From assembly GCF_001194135.2 (NCBI RefSeq), contig NC_068986.1, positions 55,342,885 through 55,403,979 of the forward strand: a DNA stretch of 61,095 nt, written 5' to 3'. The stretch is from Octopus bimaculoides (Eukaryota). The position numbers were made by a program, and so were the translations under genes. Under the pieces are notes generated by a model that saw only the letters and a program-made list of their open reading frames with translations, had not been told where the DNA came from and did no database searches. Below, in pieces: positions 25,021 through 37,699 of the stretch (positions are counted from its first letter, which is position 1; each line of letters opens with the position of its first letter).

Positions 25021-26428
25021 TAGGGCTGATAGAAAAAGTATCATTCAAGTTAAGCACTAGGAGTAAATCTGTTTGACTGCATCTTTCACCTCCAAAATCT
25101 CTGATCTTGTGCTACTATTTGAAATTATTCCTTCTCTTATTATAATAGATCATCAAAGGGCATAGATGGTAGAACTTCTAGAATGCTGAACAAGATATCT
25201 TTAGCTACATCCTTTTGCTTTCTGACTTCAAATCACTCTGGCATCAATTAAATGAATACCAGTAAGTCATTAAAGTCTCTTCAATCAAATACAACTGTCT
25301 ATAAATTCTGTGATGTTGTCTTAATATTTCTCTCTAAATTTGGCACAAACTAATAATTTTGAGGGGAGAAGGGAGTTGATAATATCAATCCCAGTACTCA
25401 ACTGGTACTTATTCTGTCAATCCTGAAAGGATGAATGGCAAAGTTGACCCCCAGCAGCATTTAAACTCAGAACATAAAGAGTTAAAAGAAATGCCACAAA
25501 GCATTTTTTCTGGTGCAGTAGCAGTTCTGCTACTGCTGTTGTTGTTGCAGGTTGTGATTCTGGTGGTAGTGGTTCTGGATGTTATTGTTGTGGCCAATGT
25601 CAGCATCATTTACTCTCAAGTCAACTGCAATTTGAGCAGTCATTTGGTCAAAGTATTCTAGATGACTATCCCATCTTTTATTAGATATAATATACAAGAA
25701 TTAAATTGTCTCGTGTGTCCTTTCTTTTTCTTCAAAACAATAGGGTGTAGCTTGAGGGTAATTTGACAACTATACAGAGTAAATTGCAAGGGAAAAAGAA
25801 CCTGCAGGGGTCACATCTGTGATCAGAAAAAAACAGTGAATCCTTCATCACTATCATCCTTGTTTTAACGTCCACTTTTGATGCCTGTATGGGTCCGAAG
25901 GAATTTGTTGAGGCAGATTTTCTCCAGTCAGATGATCTTCTTGCCTTTAATCCTCACCTGTTTCCAAACAAAGTAATATTTCCCCATGGCTAAACGTGGT
26001 CTTATAGAAGATTGGAAACAAAAGACACCATTTGTATAATGTTAACTTTTATTTACAACTAATCATGCAATTTCAAGACAAGGAGACACAAACACAAACA
26101 CATAAACACACATACATACATACATACATACATACATACATAAATACAAACACATAAACACATATACATACATACATACATATCATTTAAGTATATCTAT
26201 TATCATTTAAGTATATATGACCATGTCTAGATATGCAAGTACATACATGAGAAGACATACATAAAACAAAACATACAAATCTGCATATATACATACATAC
26301 ATACATACAAAATACCCTGCTGATGTTGTTGAAATTTCAATGGAGGAGCCTTGGATCTAGGTTAGAAACCAGTTTGTTCTCTATTGGCAAGAAATCTTGA
26401 AATAAAAATGAATAATGACATACATACA

Positions 26429-26477
<49 letters not shown>

Positions 26478-26489
<12 letters not shown>

Positions 26490-26640
26490 TTGGTTTCTTT
26501 CAGTTTCCATCTGCCAAATTCACTCACAAAGCTTTGTCTGGCCCAGCACTACTATAAGAGACTCTTGTCCAATGTGCTACACAGTGGGATTGAACCCAAA
26601 ACCACATGGTTGCAAAGCAAACTTTTTAACCATATTTCAC
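26478..26640 (-). mobile_element. SINE family A 5' half
   Basis: CAGTTTCC..CCAAATTCACTCACAAAGC motif. Confidence 0.7.
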
Positions 26641-26970
26641 AAATTCATAGGTATATAAATTATATTAAATTATTTTGGTTTCAGTTTTAAAGGTATTTTG
26701 TTTCATACAGGGTTTTGGAGATTGTATCAAAGGACAGTTTCAAATTTGAATGAAAGCAACATTTTCCCACTCCTGGTCTCAGTTTATTTTGCATTTTGTG
26801 TACATGTTTTTGTTTGTAGCAGTCTTTGTTACATGATTTTGCTGAAACTTTTTGATAAATGAATTATCTTGCAGTTAGAATTTTGACAGGACATTTAAAG
26901 ATGTTATTATGATATGTGATATGTTGTGGTTAGTATTAAAATTGGTGATACAGCTAATTACTTTTTATGA

Positions 26971-27106
26971 CAGGCATGGGCAACCTTTTTAAGAAGTAAG
27001 TCACATAAGACATGACTTGACTCATCATTAGTTGAGCTGCACAGCTGAAAAATTTCAAAATGTGCTGTTCAGTAAGCCTCATGGGGCTGTAGTTTGCCCA
27101 GGAATG
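26971..27106 (+). mobile_element. Old hAT-Charlie-like MITE
   Basis: CAGGCATGGGCAAC ... GTTTGCCCAGGAATG termini; 8-bp flanks TTTTATGA and TTCTATAG partly match. Confidence 0.4.
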
Positions 27107-27769
27107 TTCTATAGTGTTTCACAGGTATATTTGGATATAGATTGGAATGCAGTGAACTGGTATATTTGAATACAGATTGGAATGCACTATTTTTCAAAAA
27201 TGCAATATATAAATATGATATAAATTTGTTTTGAAAATATTCCAATTTTTCTGTTGTTGTTTTTTATTCCTTTAATTAATAAGATGATTACTTTTTAGAT
27301 TATTAACCTCATTTTTAGATATAAGAATTTAAAAAATATCATACTTACATTAGGTTTCAATTGGTTTGATCTTCAAGTGTCATCAAATGGTTTATTCTTT
27401 AACATGTGCCTTTTAACAGATTGGATTTGAACTTGGAATATTTAGTTTCAAACTAAGTATACTTATGCACCTATACAAACAACATATGATGCATGCAGCT
27501 AATCAAAAAGTAGTGTTTTCTTCTTTCCATGCCATTAGGTCAATAAACAATCTATGATGGCTACAGAATATAAAAACTGAGAGTACAGAACTAGTTTGTC
27601 ATTGCCTGTCATTTTGTGTGTATTTTTTATGAGGCACCATCTTGCCCCAGCGAGATACAACTAAGCTTTTACCACCTGCTTCTGAAATCAGAACAAAAAA
27701 ACAAAAAAAAAAAACGAAAAACAGAATAAACACTATAAAACATTTTGTTCAATGCTTTAGGAATTTCCC

Positions 27770-28172
27770 ACCAACAAGATCGAGTCCATGGTGTGGTGTA
27801 GTGGATTGTATACCTGGGAGCTATGTCCACAGAGAGTAAGCTCCTGATTAGGCTGCCCATGCAGGAAATGTCAATGAATAGAGGCCAGACTAATATGGAT
27901 CACCCCTTCTTAGAGGTAAATATGGGTTTGTGTAGGGCCAACACTCTTAACTTTGATAAAAGTTACAGAAGCATGGATGACAATTCAAAACAAGACTTGG
28001 GAGAGGAAGGGACTCCCTTGGGGAAATATGATGTGATGCAACAAAATCTGAAAGAAAGCTGCAAGCAAAAGTAGGGATCCAATTGGAGTGAAGCAGAAAC
28101 AACAGCTGAGTGACAAGAGCAGTGGAGAAACATTACTGATTGCCTATGCTCCATTAGGAGTGAAGAGCTTAA
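27770..28172 (+). mobile_element. Short RTE derivative: probable 5' UTR joined to the 3' end
   Basis: 3' part translates to NWSEAETT..QWRNITDCLCSIRSEELK* with an AAGTAAG tail, an RTE C-terminus. The 5' part has GGGTTTGTGTAGGGCCAACACTC, resembling RTE 5'-UTR motifs as recalled. Confidence 0.5.
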
Positions 28173-28487
28173 GTAAGTTGAGCAATTTCATCAGAGCACC
28201 ACCCTGGGCTGGTACTTTAGTTTATTGACACCAGAGAGATGAAAGGCAAAATTGGTCTGAAATGGATTTGCACTCAAAAGAAAAAGTCAGAAGAAAAATT
28301 AGTTTAAAATTTTGGCACAAGGCCAGCATGTTTGGGATGGGGATGGCTAAGTTGTTTAAATCAACCCCTGTGTTCAACTGGTACTTATTTTATCACCCCT
28401 CAAGATGATGAAAGGCAAAGTCGACCCCAGCAGAATTTGAACTCAGAACATAAAGACGCATAAAATGCCACAAAGCATACTAATGAT

Positions 28488-28845
<358 letters not shown>

Positions 28846-30944
28846 AACTTATTGCCTTGCGAGCCAGAAAAAATATTGCAAAGCATTTTGTCTAATGTTC
28901 TGTTTCACCAGTCAACTGTCCTGGACTGCCACTTTATTTTATTGACCTTGATGGATGAAATCAATAATTAATCATGCCAGGATTTGAACTCAAGACGTAA
29001 AGAGCTGGAATAAGTACTGCAAGGCATTTTATCTGACATTCTAACAATTCTGTCAATCAGCTGCCTAAAAACTAGTGAAGATGTAAAATATTAAAAAAAT
29101 GTTTTTCATCTATAGAGATAATGTTAATAATCTGAAAAATTTATAATCTTGTTAACAACTCATCTCAGATAATTAGATATTTAATCTTTTTTTAGTTGCT
29201 TGATGTTGAGTTTTATTTCTCTTGTGTATAGATTTGGTGTATTGTCTTGTTTTTTTAGGTTGTTTATCATTTCAGTCAAATAGTTTAGGTTATGTTTTTC
29301 TTAAGATTGCTTTGTGTGATATTTGTGATGCATCTGCAATTATTTTGTTGGGTTGATACACTGTAGTATTTGTGTTGATGCTTGTAATGTTATTTAATTT
29401 TGTAAATTGTTATACTGTCTCTTATGGAAAGTTATTCTACTAGTCTTATTTGAAGTTCCTAAAAGATTTTTTGTTTGTGATGATGAGGTATAGATGACTA
29501 GAGGAGAGTTACAGAATTGTTTCCATGTGGCTGAAGTAACTAAATGTGTGAAACAGAAGGTGATGCCTGGAGTGGAATTATAGTTAGCTTGGTGAGGTAT
29601 GTGAAAGTGTTGGTGCAGTTTAGGATGTAAAGAGAGTTTATTTTTGATGATGTTGAGTTTCTTATTATTTGTATTGCTTTTGTACCAGGATATGTTGTTC
29701 ATACAGAACAAACACCAAGAATTGTATTAAATTTTAATTGCTGTGATATGTAGTCTAATGGTGTGCTTGATAAGATAGATAGTGTTAAGTATATGTTTAT
29801 TATGTGATTGTTATTGATTAATCCTTGATCAGTTCTGATAAAGCAAAAATATGATCAAAAGTATTTCAGTAGTGAACAACTTATCTTTTCAGAGTTATTT
29901 AGGACTACATTATCTAATATACACCCCCTCTTTTTTTTATAAAGCTAATAAGGTGTGTATAATATGAGGGGAATTTAGCTGTTATTTCCAGTAGGCTGAG
30001 CAAGCAGATAGAGTCTCCCACATTGATTCATTAGTAATAGTGTTTTATTTGATGTTCTTTATTTTGTTTAATTACATTTCTGGTATGTTCTGATTCCCTA
30101 TTAACATTTAAATGTCATAAGTGAGTTATAAGGCCTCAACAGTGGTTTATCCTACCCTACATTCTAGGGGGGTAATCTGAGATATGAGGATTTCTACATA
30201 GGGATTATAATTTTATTTTTTTATAACACTACTATGTGAATGCTACAATTGTTGTTGTTTAGCCCTAAGACACATGAGCCAGCAGACTTATGATAGAAAG
30301 TGCTTCAGTCATGATCATCCTGTCTTTTTTTGCATTTTAGGGAGTACATTCTCCAATGTATTCTTTTTCAAAAGACAGCAGAGTGTGATTTAAGGGAAAT
30401 TTGGCTGTTATGTCAAGTCAGTTGAGTGAATGCACCGAGGCTTGTCTGGTGGTCATAAAGGCTCATCCAATGGCCATTAGTATGACTATTGTGTGCTGAT
30501 GAAGATGTTTAATTAGTTGTTATTGTAGTAGTTAAGTGGTACAGTGACAGAGATGCTAGAGTGTCAGATAGAATACCTTGCACCATTGTTCCACCTCTCT
30601 GTTCAAATTCCGCAAAGATCAGCTTCGGTTTTTTTAGCATTTTGGGATCAATAAGGAAAGAAGCAGTCCAGTACTGGGTCAATTCTCTCTCTCTCTCTCT
30701 TCCTCCTTCTTCTCTCTTCCTCCTTCTTCTCTCTTCCTCCTTCTTCTCTCTCCCTCCCTTCTTCTCTCTTCCTCCCTTCTTCTCTCTCCCTCTCTCTTTC
30801 TCCACCTTCTCCCTCTTGTTTTCTATCTAGAAGAAATTGATGAAGTCAGACCAAGAGATGAATGGGTCAGACTAGGTTTTTGAGGATCAAAACATGCAAT
30901 AGTCATGACAGCGCTTCTACAACTCCAAGTCAAAGTAATTATTG

Positions 30945-31030
<86 letters not shown>
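30945..31030. repeat. Compound (CAT)n(CAG)n microsatellite; (GAA)n(AGT)n(GGA)n follows at 31213-31310
   Basis: Direct reading. Confidence 0.97.
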
Positions 31031-31032
<2 letters not shown>

Positions 31033-32199
31033 TGGTTTTACTATAATTGTGTTTGTTTGATGCATTCATTTTTTTGTTTAACCTTTTGCTAACTGAAACA
31101 TTAAAACACTTCAAGCACTTAATGTCAATTACTTGGAAATATGGTCTCCCTCTCATCATTATTATTATTAAATATTTCATGGAGATTAACATTATGAAAG
31201 AATATACAAATAGAAGAAGAAGAAGAAGAAGAAGAAGAAGAAGAAGAAGAAGAAGAAGAAGAAGAAAGAGTAGTAGTAGTAGTAGTAGTAGGAGGAGGAG
31301 GAGGAGGAGGGTGTGAGAGAGTGAGTGAAAGAAAAACAAGGAGAAAGAGATACAGGGGTGAGACAGGGAAATGGGGGAGAGGAGAAAAGGAATGTCAGAG
31401 GGTGATTGACNNNNNNNNNNNNNNNNNNNNNNNNNNNNNNNNNNNNNNNNNNNNNNNNNNNNNNNNNNNNNNNNNNNNNNNNNNNNNNNNNNNNNNNNNN
31501 NNNNNNNNNNNNNNNNNNNNNNNNNNNNNNNNNNNNNNNNNNNNNNNNNNNNNNNNNNNNNNNNNNNNNNNNNNNNNNNNNNNNNNNNNNNNNNNNNNNN
31601 NNNNNNNNNNNNNNNNNNNNNNNNNNNNNNNNNNNNNNNNNNNNNNNNNNNNNNNNNNNNNNNNNNNNNNNNNNNNNNNNNNNNNNNNNNNNNNNNNNNN
31701 NNNNNNNNNNNNNNNNNNNNNNNNNNNNNNNNNNNNNNNNNNNNNNNNNNNNNNNNNNNNNNNNNNNNNNNNNNNNNNNNNNNNNNNNNNNNNNNNNNNN
31801 NNNNNNNNNNNNNNNNNNNNNNNNNNNNNNNNNNNNNNNNNNNNNNNNNNNNNNNNNNNNNNNNNTATATATATATATATATATATATATCTATAAGAGG
31901 GATGACCAATAAGTGGACATCCATTTTGCTAGAAGAAAACCACCTATGGTCTGACCACTAATTTTTCTGAATCTTCAGATTTTTCAATATGCTAGGCCAC
32001 TGGTTTTAAATTGATATTAATCAAATTAATATTCAATTTTTCACCCTTATTGTTTAAGTTTAAATAACTATGTTCTCTAACTGGCAAAATTCACTGCAGA
32101 GAATTATTTTCTGCAGAATTATTGCCAGTATTTGGCGTGCTAGAACGAAGACTTTTGAAATATAACCCCAAATGTAATTGGTAGAACTATATACATGTT

Positions 32200-32407
32200 C
32201 AATCTCATGTGGACATCTTGTGTATAGTTCTGCAAATTATATTGCTAAGACAATCATACTTTATAACCACAATAACAGCATGTCTCTTCATTTCTTGTGT
32301 AAGCTGAGCATCTGCCTTTATTATTTTCTGAAACACAGATAATACACAGTTAGTAAAAAATGCAGCAATAACCCAAAAAGGGTATATCTTCAAATACCTT
32401 ACGCACC

Positions 32408-32412
<5 letters not shown>
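32200..32412 (-). mobile_element. Tc1/mariner 5'-end fragment
   Basis: TA-CAGGGTG terminus and LTQEMKRHAVIV, like a transposase N-terminus. Confidence 0.5.
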
Positions 32413-32447
<35 letters not shown>

Positions 32448-32514
32448 GTATATATATTATTTATAAATATATATATATATAGCGGTGTACGTACACTTTG
32501 TCTCCTATATGTAT

Positions 32515-32545
<31 letters not shown>

Positions 32546-32615
32546 TACATACATACATGCATGCATACATACATACATACATACATATATATATATCTAT
32601 ATATATATATATATA

Positions 32616-32787
32616 GGCGCAGGAGTGGCTGTGGGGTAAGTAGCTTGCTTACCAACCACATGGTTCCGGGTTCAGTCCCACTGCATGACACCTTGGGCAA
32701 ATGTCTTCTACTATAGCCTCGGGCCGACCAAAGCCTTGTGAGTGGATTTGGTAGACGGAAACTGAAAGAAGCCCGTCGTATATATGT
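32616..32787 (+). mobile_element. SINE family A 5' half, running into a gap
   Basis: Intact head GGCGCAGGAGTGGCTGTGGGGTAAG..GGTTCAGTCCC. Confidence 0.88.
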
Positions 32788-33125
32788 NNNNNNNNNNNNN
32801 NNNNNNNNNNNNNNNNNNNNNNNNNNNNNNNNNNNNNNNNNNNNNNNNNNNNNNNNNNNNNNNNNNNNNNNNNNNNNNNNNNNNNNNNNNNNNNNNNNNN
32901 NNNNNNNNNNNNNNNNNNNNNNNNNNNNNNNNNNNNNNNNNNNNNNNNNNNNNNNNNNNNNNNNNNNNNNNNNNNNNNNNNNNNNNNNNNNNNNNNNNNN
33001 NNNNNNNNNNNNNNNNNNNNNNNNNNNNNNNNNNNNNNNNNNNNNNNNNNNNNNNNNNNNNNNNNNNNNNNNNNNNNNNNNNNNNNNNNNNNNNNNNNNN
33101 NNNNNNNNNNNAAAGAGTAAAGAGA

Positions 33126-33169
<44 letters not shown>

Positions 33170-33176
<7 letters not shown>

Positions 33177-33491
33177 ATTGGTACTCCATTGGTTATGACA
33201 ACTAGGGTTCCAGTTGATCTGATCAAGAGAACAGCTTGTTCACAAAATTAAGGTACAAGTGACTGAGCACTGCACAGACACATGTACCTTTAATGTAACT
33301 TTCAAGGAGATTCATTGACTCAGAATGTGCCCCTTTGAAATACAGGTACTCCTCATTTTTGTCAGCTGAGTGGACTGGAGGAATATGAAATGAAGTGACT
33401 TCTTCAAGGACACAATGTGCTGCCAGGAAATGAATTCATAGTCTTATGATCATGAGTCAAATACCCTAACCACAAAGTCATGCACCTTCAT
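33170..33491 (-). mobile_element. SINE family B
   Basis: Colinear with 70-399. Confidence 0.8.
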
Positions 33492-33496
33492 ATATA

Positions 33497-34675
33497 CAGG
33501 GGTTGGACAAAATAATGGAAACACCTTAAAATTTCAAACAAATTTATTCTAATATGGGGTAGGACCACCTTCGGTAGTAATTACAACTTGAATTCTATGA
33601 GGTATGGACTTCTACAAAGTTTGAATTGTTTCCAAAGGAATTTTTGTCCATTCTTCAGCTAAAACAGTCTCCAGTTCTTGTAGTGGTGATGGTGGAGGAT
33701 ATCGACTCCTTACTTGTTTTTCTAAAATGCACCATAAATGTTCAATAATATTGAGATCTGGGGACAGTGGTGGCCAGATAAGATGTTCAACTTCACTAGA
33801 AAGTTCCTCGTGCCATTCAGATTTCCAAGACATAGCCCCACCCCCAGATCATTACAGATCCTCCTCCATGTTTAACAGTTGGAAGAAGACAGTCTGGGTC
33901 AAATGCTTCTTTTGGCTGTCTCTACATGTATACTCAGCTGGTGGTTGGAAATAAGGTAAAGGAGGATTTGTCTGANNNNNNNNNNTGTCTCTACATGTAT
34001 ACTCAGCTGGTGGTTGGAAATAAGGTAAAGGAGGATTTGTCTGAGAAAATAACATTCTTCCACTGCTCTAGGGACCAATTCTGTAGGTTTTTACTCCACT
34101 CTGAACACTTTGCAATGTTTGTTTTTGAAAGTAATGGTTTTCTGATTGCAGCCCTCCTGTCAAATCCGGCTTTGTGCAGCTCCTGGCAAACAGGTTTTGT
34201 GGAAGCTGGGTTCTTGAGGTGGTCATTAAGCTCTGCAGTAATTTTGGGAGCTGTATTTTTGTGATCCTTTTTAACAATTCGCATAAGAGTCCAACAATCC
34301 CTATCTGAAAGTTTTGGTTTTCTTCCGGAGTTTTGTTTCGACGAGGAGGTTTCTCAAAGGCTGCCATTACTTTCGAGACAGTACTTCTTGTTACACTAAA
34401 CATTTCGGCTGTTTTCGTTACGCTAGCACCTGCCATATGAGCACCAACAATTTGATCTCTTTGAAAGTATGATAGATCTGTCATTTTAATGAATTTTAAT
34501 TTCCTTTTTCTGATGATATCTGAAAAAAAAAACAGCAATTTTAGCAAAACATATTAAGCAACATTAATAATAAATCAAAAAACATAAAAATAAACAAGCT
34601 TTTGACAGTTTTATAGATATTTCAAAATTATGATGCTACTTTGCCAGGTGTTTCCATTATTTTGTCTAGCCACTA
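33497..34675 (-). mobile_element. Tc1-like DNA transposon with both TIRs and a defective transposase
   Basis: TIRs CAGGGGTTGGACAAAATAATGGAAACACCT and AGGTGTTTCCATTATTTTGTCTAGCCACTA, TA flanks. Transposase fragments MTDLSYFQRDQIVGA, VIFSDKSSF, VKHGGGSVMIWG, WPPLSPDLNIIEHLW; frameshift, stops and a deletion. Confidence 0.92.
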
Positions 34676-35937
34676 TATATATATATATATATATATGGAG
34701 AGAGAGAGAGAGAGAGAGAATGACACACACATACATATGTACATACATACATCCATCTTAGGTGTACAGGCTCTGAAGAGGCTTCTTTAAACCCTGGAAA
34801 AAATTTTCATTAATTGTAGCTCTATTATACTTAATATTTAAGTAATGATTTAACTTAACAATAATTAACCTTAACAAATTATATTTAGTTATTTGAAAAG
34901 GCCAATATTTACACATATAGGATTTTGTTATTTTCTAATTATGCACAAATATCTATACTTATTACATTTTTCTTTCATCTTCCTTATTGCTCTGTTAACA
35001 ATTACAAATTTGTAATTGTTAATAGGAAGATTCTACAAAATCAAATAGCTTACGTTTTAACAATATGCGAGTCTCTCCATGTTAACCTCAGTCTACCTAG
35101 CTAGCAGGAAGTCATACCATTCCATCTAAGTACATTGCGTTTAAAAGACTAGTAGTTAACATAAGTAGAAGGTTATCCACTTAACACCTTGAAGCTTAAG
35201 CTAAGTACCAGCTCTTCAGAGTCTCTCTTTTTTTATCTGAGGTTGAAGAGATATTAAAAGAAAATACTTTTGACAAGTATAGTTGTGTAATTAATAAGTT
35301 TTCTTTGTAAGGCCCTGCATTGTAGCTTCAATCCCACAGTGCAATACCTTAGGTCTGTATCTTCTACAATAAGTTGAAATTGTAGTGAGTGAAATTGTAG
35401 AGATAGTGTGAAGGGGTGAGGTGGAAGGAAGTGTTGCATGATTACAGTTACTTGAAGGGTTACCAGGTTCATTGGCATTTTGATTTTTGAACCTTTGAGT
35501 TGAGCCATGAAATATCCACACACTACTCCCACACACATAAACTTCACAGTGTTGACATACAACATCTGTAGCTACAGATATTGCTGTCATGACAATACTA
35601 TTATTGTTGGTACTGGCTATGACAATGAAATGGTAGTGGTGGTGGTAGTGGCAGTGTTGACTGCATCATTTTTGGAGTTGGTAATGGTGGTGGTATTGCT
35701 AATGGTTGCAGTGGTCATATTATTCTTCATTGTTTTATTGTCTTAAGTCAATCCTCACTGACTTAAGATCAAAAACATTTCATTCTACTTTTAAAATACT
35801 TTAGAATACCACGTTATCTCATGTGATGATATTTATTTTAGATGGAATTATCTTGTTCATAATATTGTTGTTGATGTTGATGGTAAATGGTGGTGGTCAA
35901 GAAGGTTGATTTATGTATATATCTATGTAGACAGACA

Positions 35938-36084
35938 GTGGTTGGTGTTAGGAAGAGCATCCAACAGTAGAAACCAAGCCAAATCAAATTGGAACCTGGT
36001 GCAGCTCTCCAGCTTGCCAGCTCTGGTCAAACTGTCCAACCCATGCCAGCATGGAAAACAGACGTTAAAGGATGATGATGATGG

Positions 36085-36115
<31 letters not shown>

Positions 36116-36129
36116 GATGATGATGATGA
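35938..36129 (+). mobile_element. RTE 3'-UTR-only retrocopy with (GAT)n tail; similar pieces at 18470, 21155, 25855, 39370, 42480, 50280
   Basis: Matches 4885-5030 and 12799-12975. Confidence 0.8.
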
Positions 36130-36467
36130 CAAACAGATATTTATGTAGACAGACAGTGTGACCCCAAAAAATACATACAAACACACACACAGATATTTAC
36201 AGTGAAAAATTTCCCCTCACACTCTGTAAGAGTTTATAGTGATGCATGCACGAATACTTGTATGCACATGCATGTGCACTCATACACACACTCACTCATA
36301 CACACACTCACTCATACATACTCACACACATGCATACATACACACACACTCACACACACACACATACACTCACACACACTCACATGCACACGCACACACT
36401 CGCACATACTCACACGCACGCACACATACACATACACACATGCGCGCATACACACACACAGACACAC

Positions 36468-36637
36468 AAAAGCCCAGAGGCCAGTTCTGGGTCTTTTAGC
36501 TAAGATTAAATTATAGCTAACAATTTGAAAAACTATAATAAAAACATATACACACCTGCATTTATGTATGTATATATGTGCTTTTTTATATTATAAGTTT
36601 TCAAATTGTTTGCTAAAATACCAAGAACTGGCTTTTT
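36468..36637. repeat. Imperfect palindrome of about 170 bp
   Basis: Arm pairs GCCAGTTCT/AGAACTGGC and AACAATTTGAAAA/TTTTCAAATTGTT. Confidence 0.78.
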
Positions 36638-37023
36638 GGCTAAGAAGAAAGTGTTGTTTTTAAATTGTTAAAATCTAAGTTTCCATAAGGGCAAAAGTTT
36701 GGACCCTATCCTGAAATTAACAGTCATACTTTGCAATTTCCATAAGTGTGAAGTCCCATATCTTTAGGCAACCAAATTGCAGGGGATACTGTACCCAAGA
36801 AAATAATTAATCTATTGCAGACAAAAAAAAAACAAACAAAACTTTATGTTCAAAACTGTATCACAAGATCTGTAAATGTGAGAAATTGAGAAAAAATGTC
36901 ATTGAAACATAGCTGCATTTGTAACAATGTCCTGAAATAGACTAATATTATCTTAATTTGCCAAACAACAGTCTATTATGCCTGATAGTTTAGTATGATT
37001 TCTTTATACTTTTCCTCTCCACA

Positions 37024-37680
37024 AGAGGTGCAGGCATGGCTGTATGGTAAGAAGTTTGCTTCCAGACCAAATGGCTCTGAGTTCAGTCCCACTTTGTGAC
37101 ATCTTAGGCAAGTGTTTTTTGCTATTGCCTCAGGCCAAAGCCTTGTGAGTGGATTTGATAGAGGGGGAACTGGAAGAAACTTGTTGTATATATGTGTGTG
37201 AGTGTGTGTGCATATATTTGTATCTGTGTTTGTTATCCACTAAATAATAAAAATAAATGAGCCCTTCAAAGCCTAGCCAGGCTCATGGGCCCGGTTTCAA
37301 TGGCATATGTGTTTCCCAGCTGGATGGGACACCAGTCCATTGCAGCGTTACTCATTTTTGCCAGCTGAGTGGACTGGAGCAATGTGAAATGAAGTGTTTT
37401 GCTCAAGAACAGAACATGTCACCCGGTCCAGGAATCAAAACCACAATCTTACGATCATGGTGCTGACACCCTAACCACTAGGTCACAGGCCTCCACTTTG
37501 TTATCCACTACTGCTTGATAATCAGTGTTGGTGTGTTAGCATTCCAGTAACATAGCAGTTCAGCAAAAGAGACTGATAGAAGTACCAGGCTTGAAAAAAT
37601 AATTACTGGAGTCTATTCACTCAACTATAATTCTTCATGGTGGTCACATTCTAATGACGGAAAGAAGTAAAAGACAGAAA
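37024..37680 (+). mobile_element. SINE family A split by a nested SINE
   Basis: Head at 37024-37240; body and tail resume at 37497. Confidence 0.75.
37250..37496 (-). mobile_element. SINE family C-like copy nested in a family A SINE
   Basis: Inserted in the middle of the A copy; flanked by TTTGTTATCCACTA on both sides (37229 and 37497). Confidence 0.75.
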
Positions 37681-37699
37681 ATAAAAATGAAAAAGAATA

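Noticed and set aside
29150-29760. Strand-biased region resembling a retroelement N-terminus
   Set aside because: No diagnostic motif recognised; too degraded to call.
33915-34046. Tandem 60-bp duplication inside the Tc1 element
   Set aside because: Identical copies flank a 10-N gap, typical of unmerged contig overlap.
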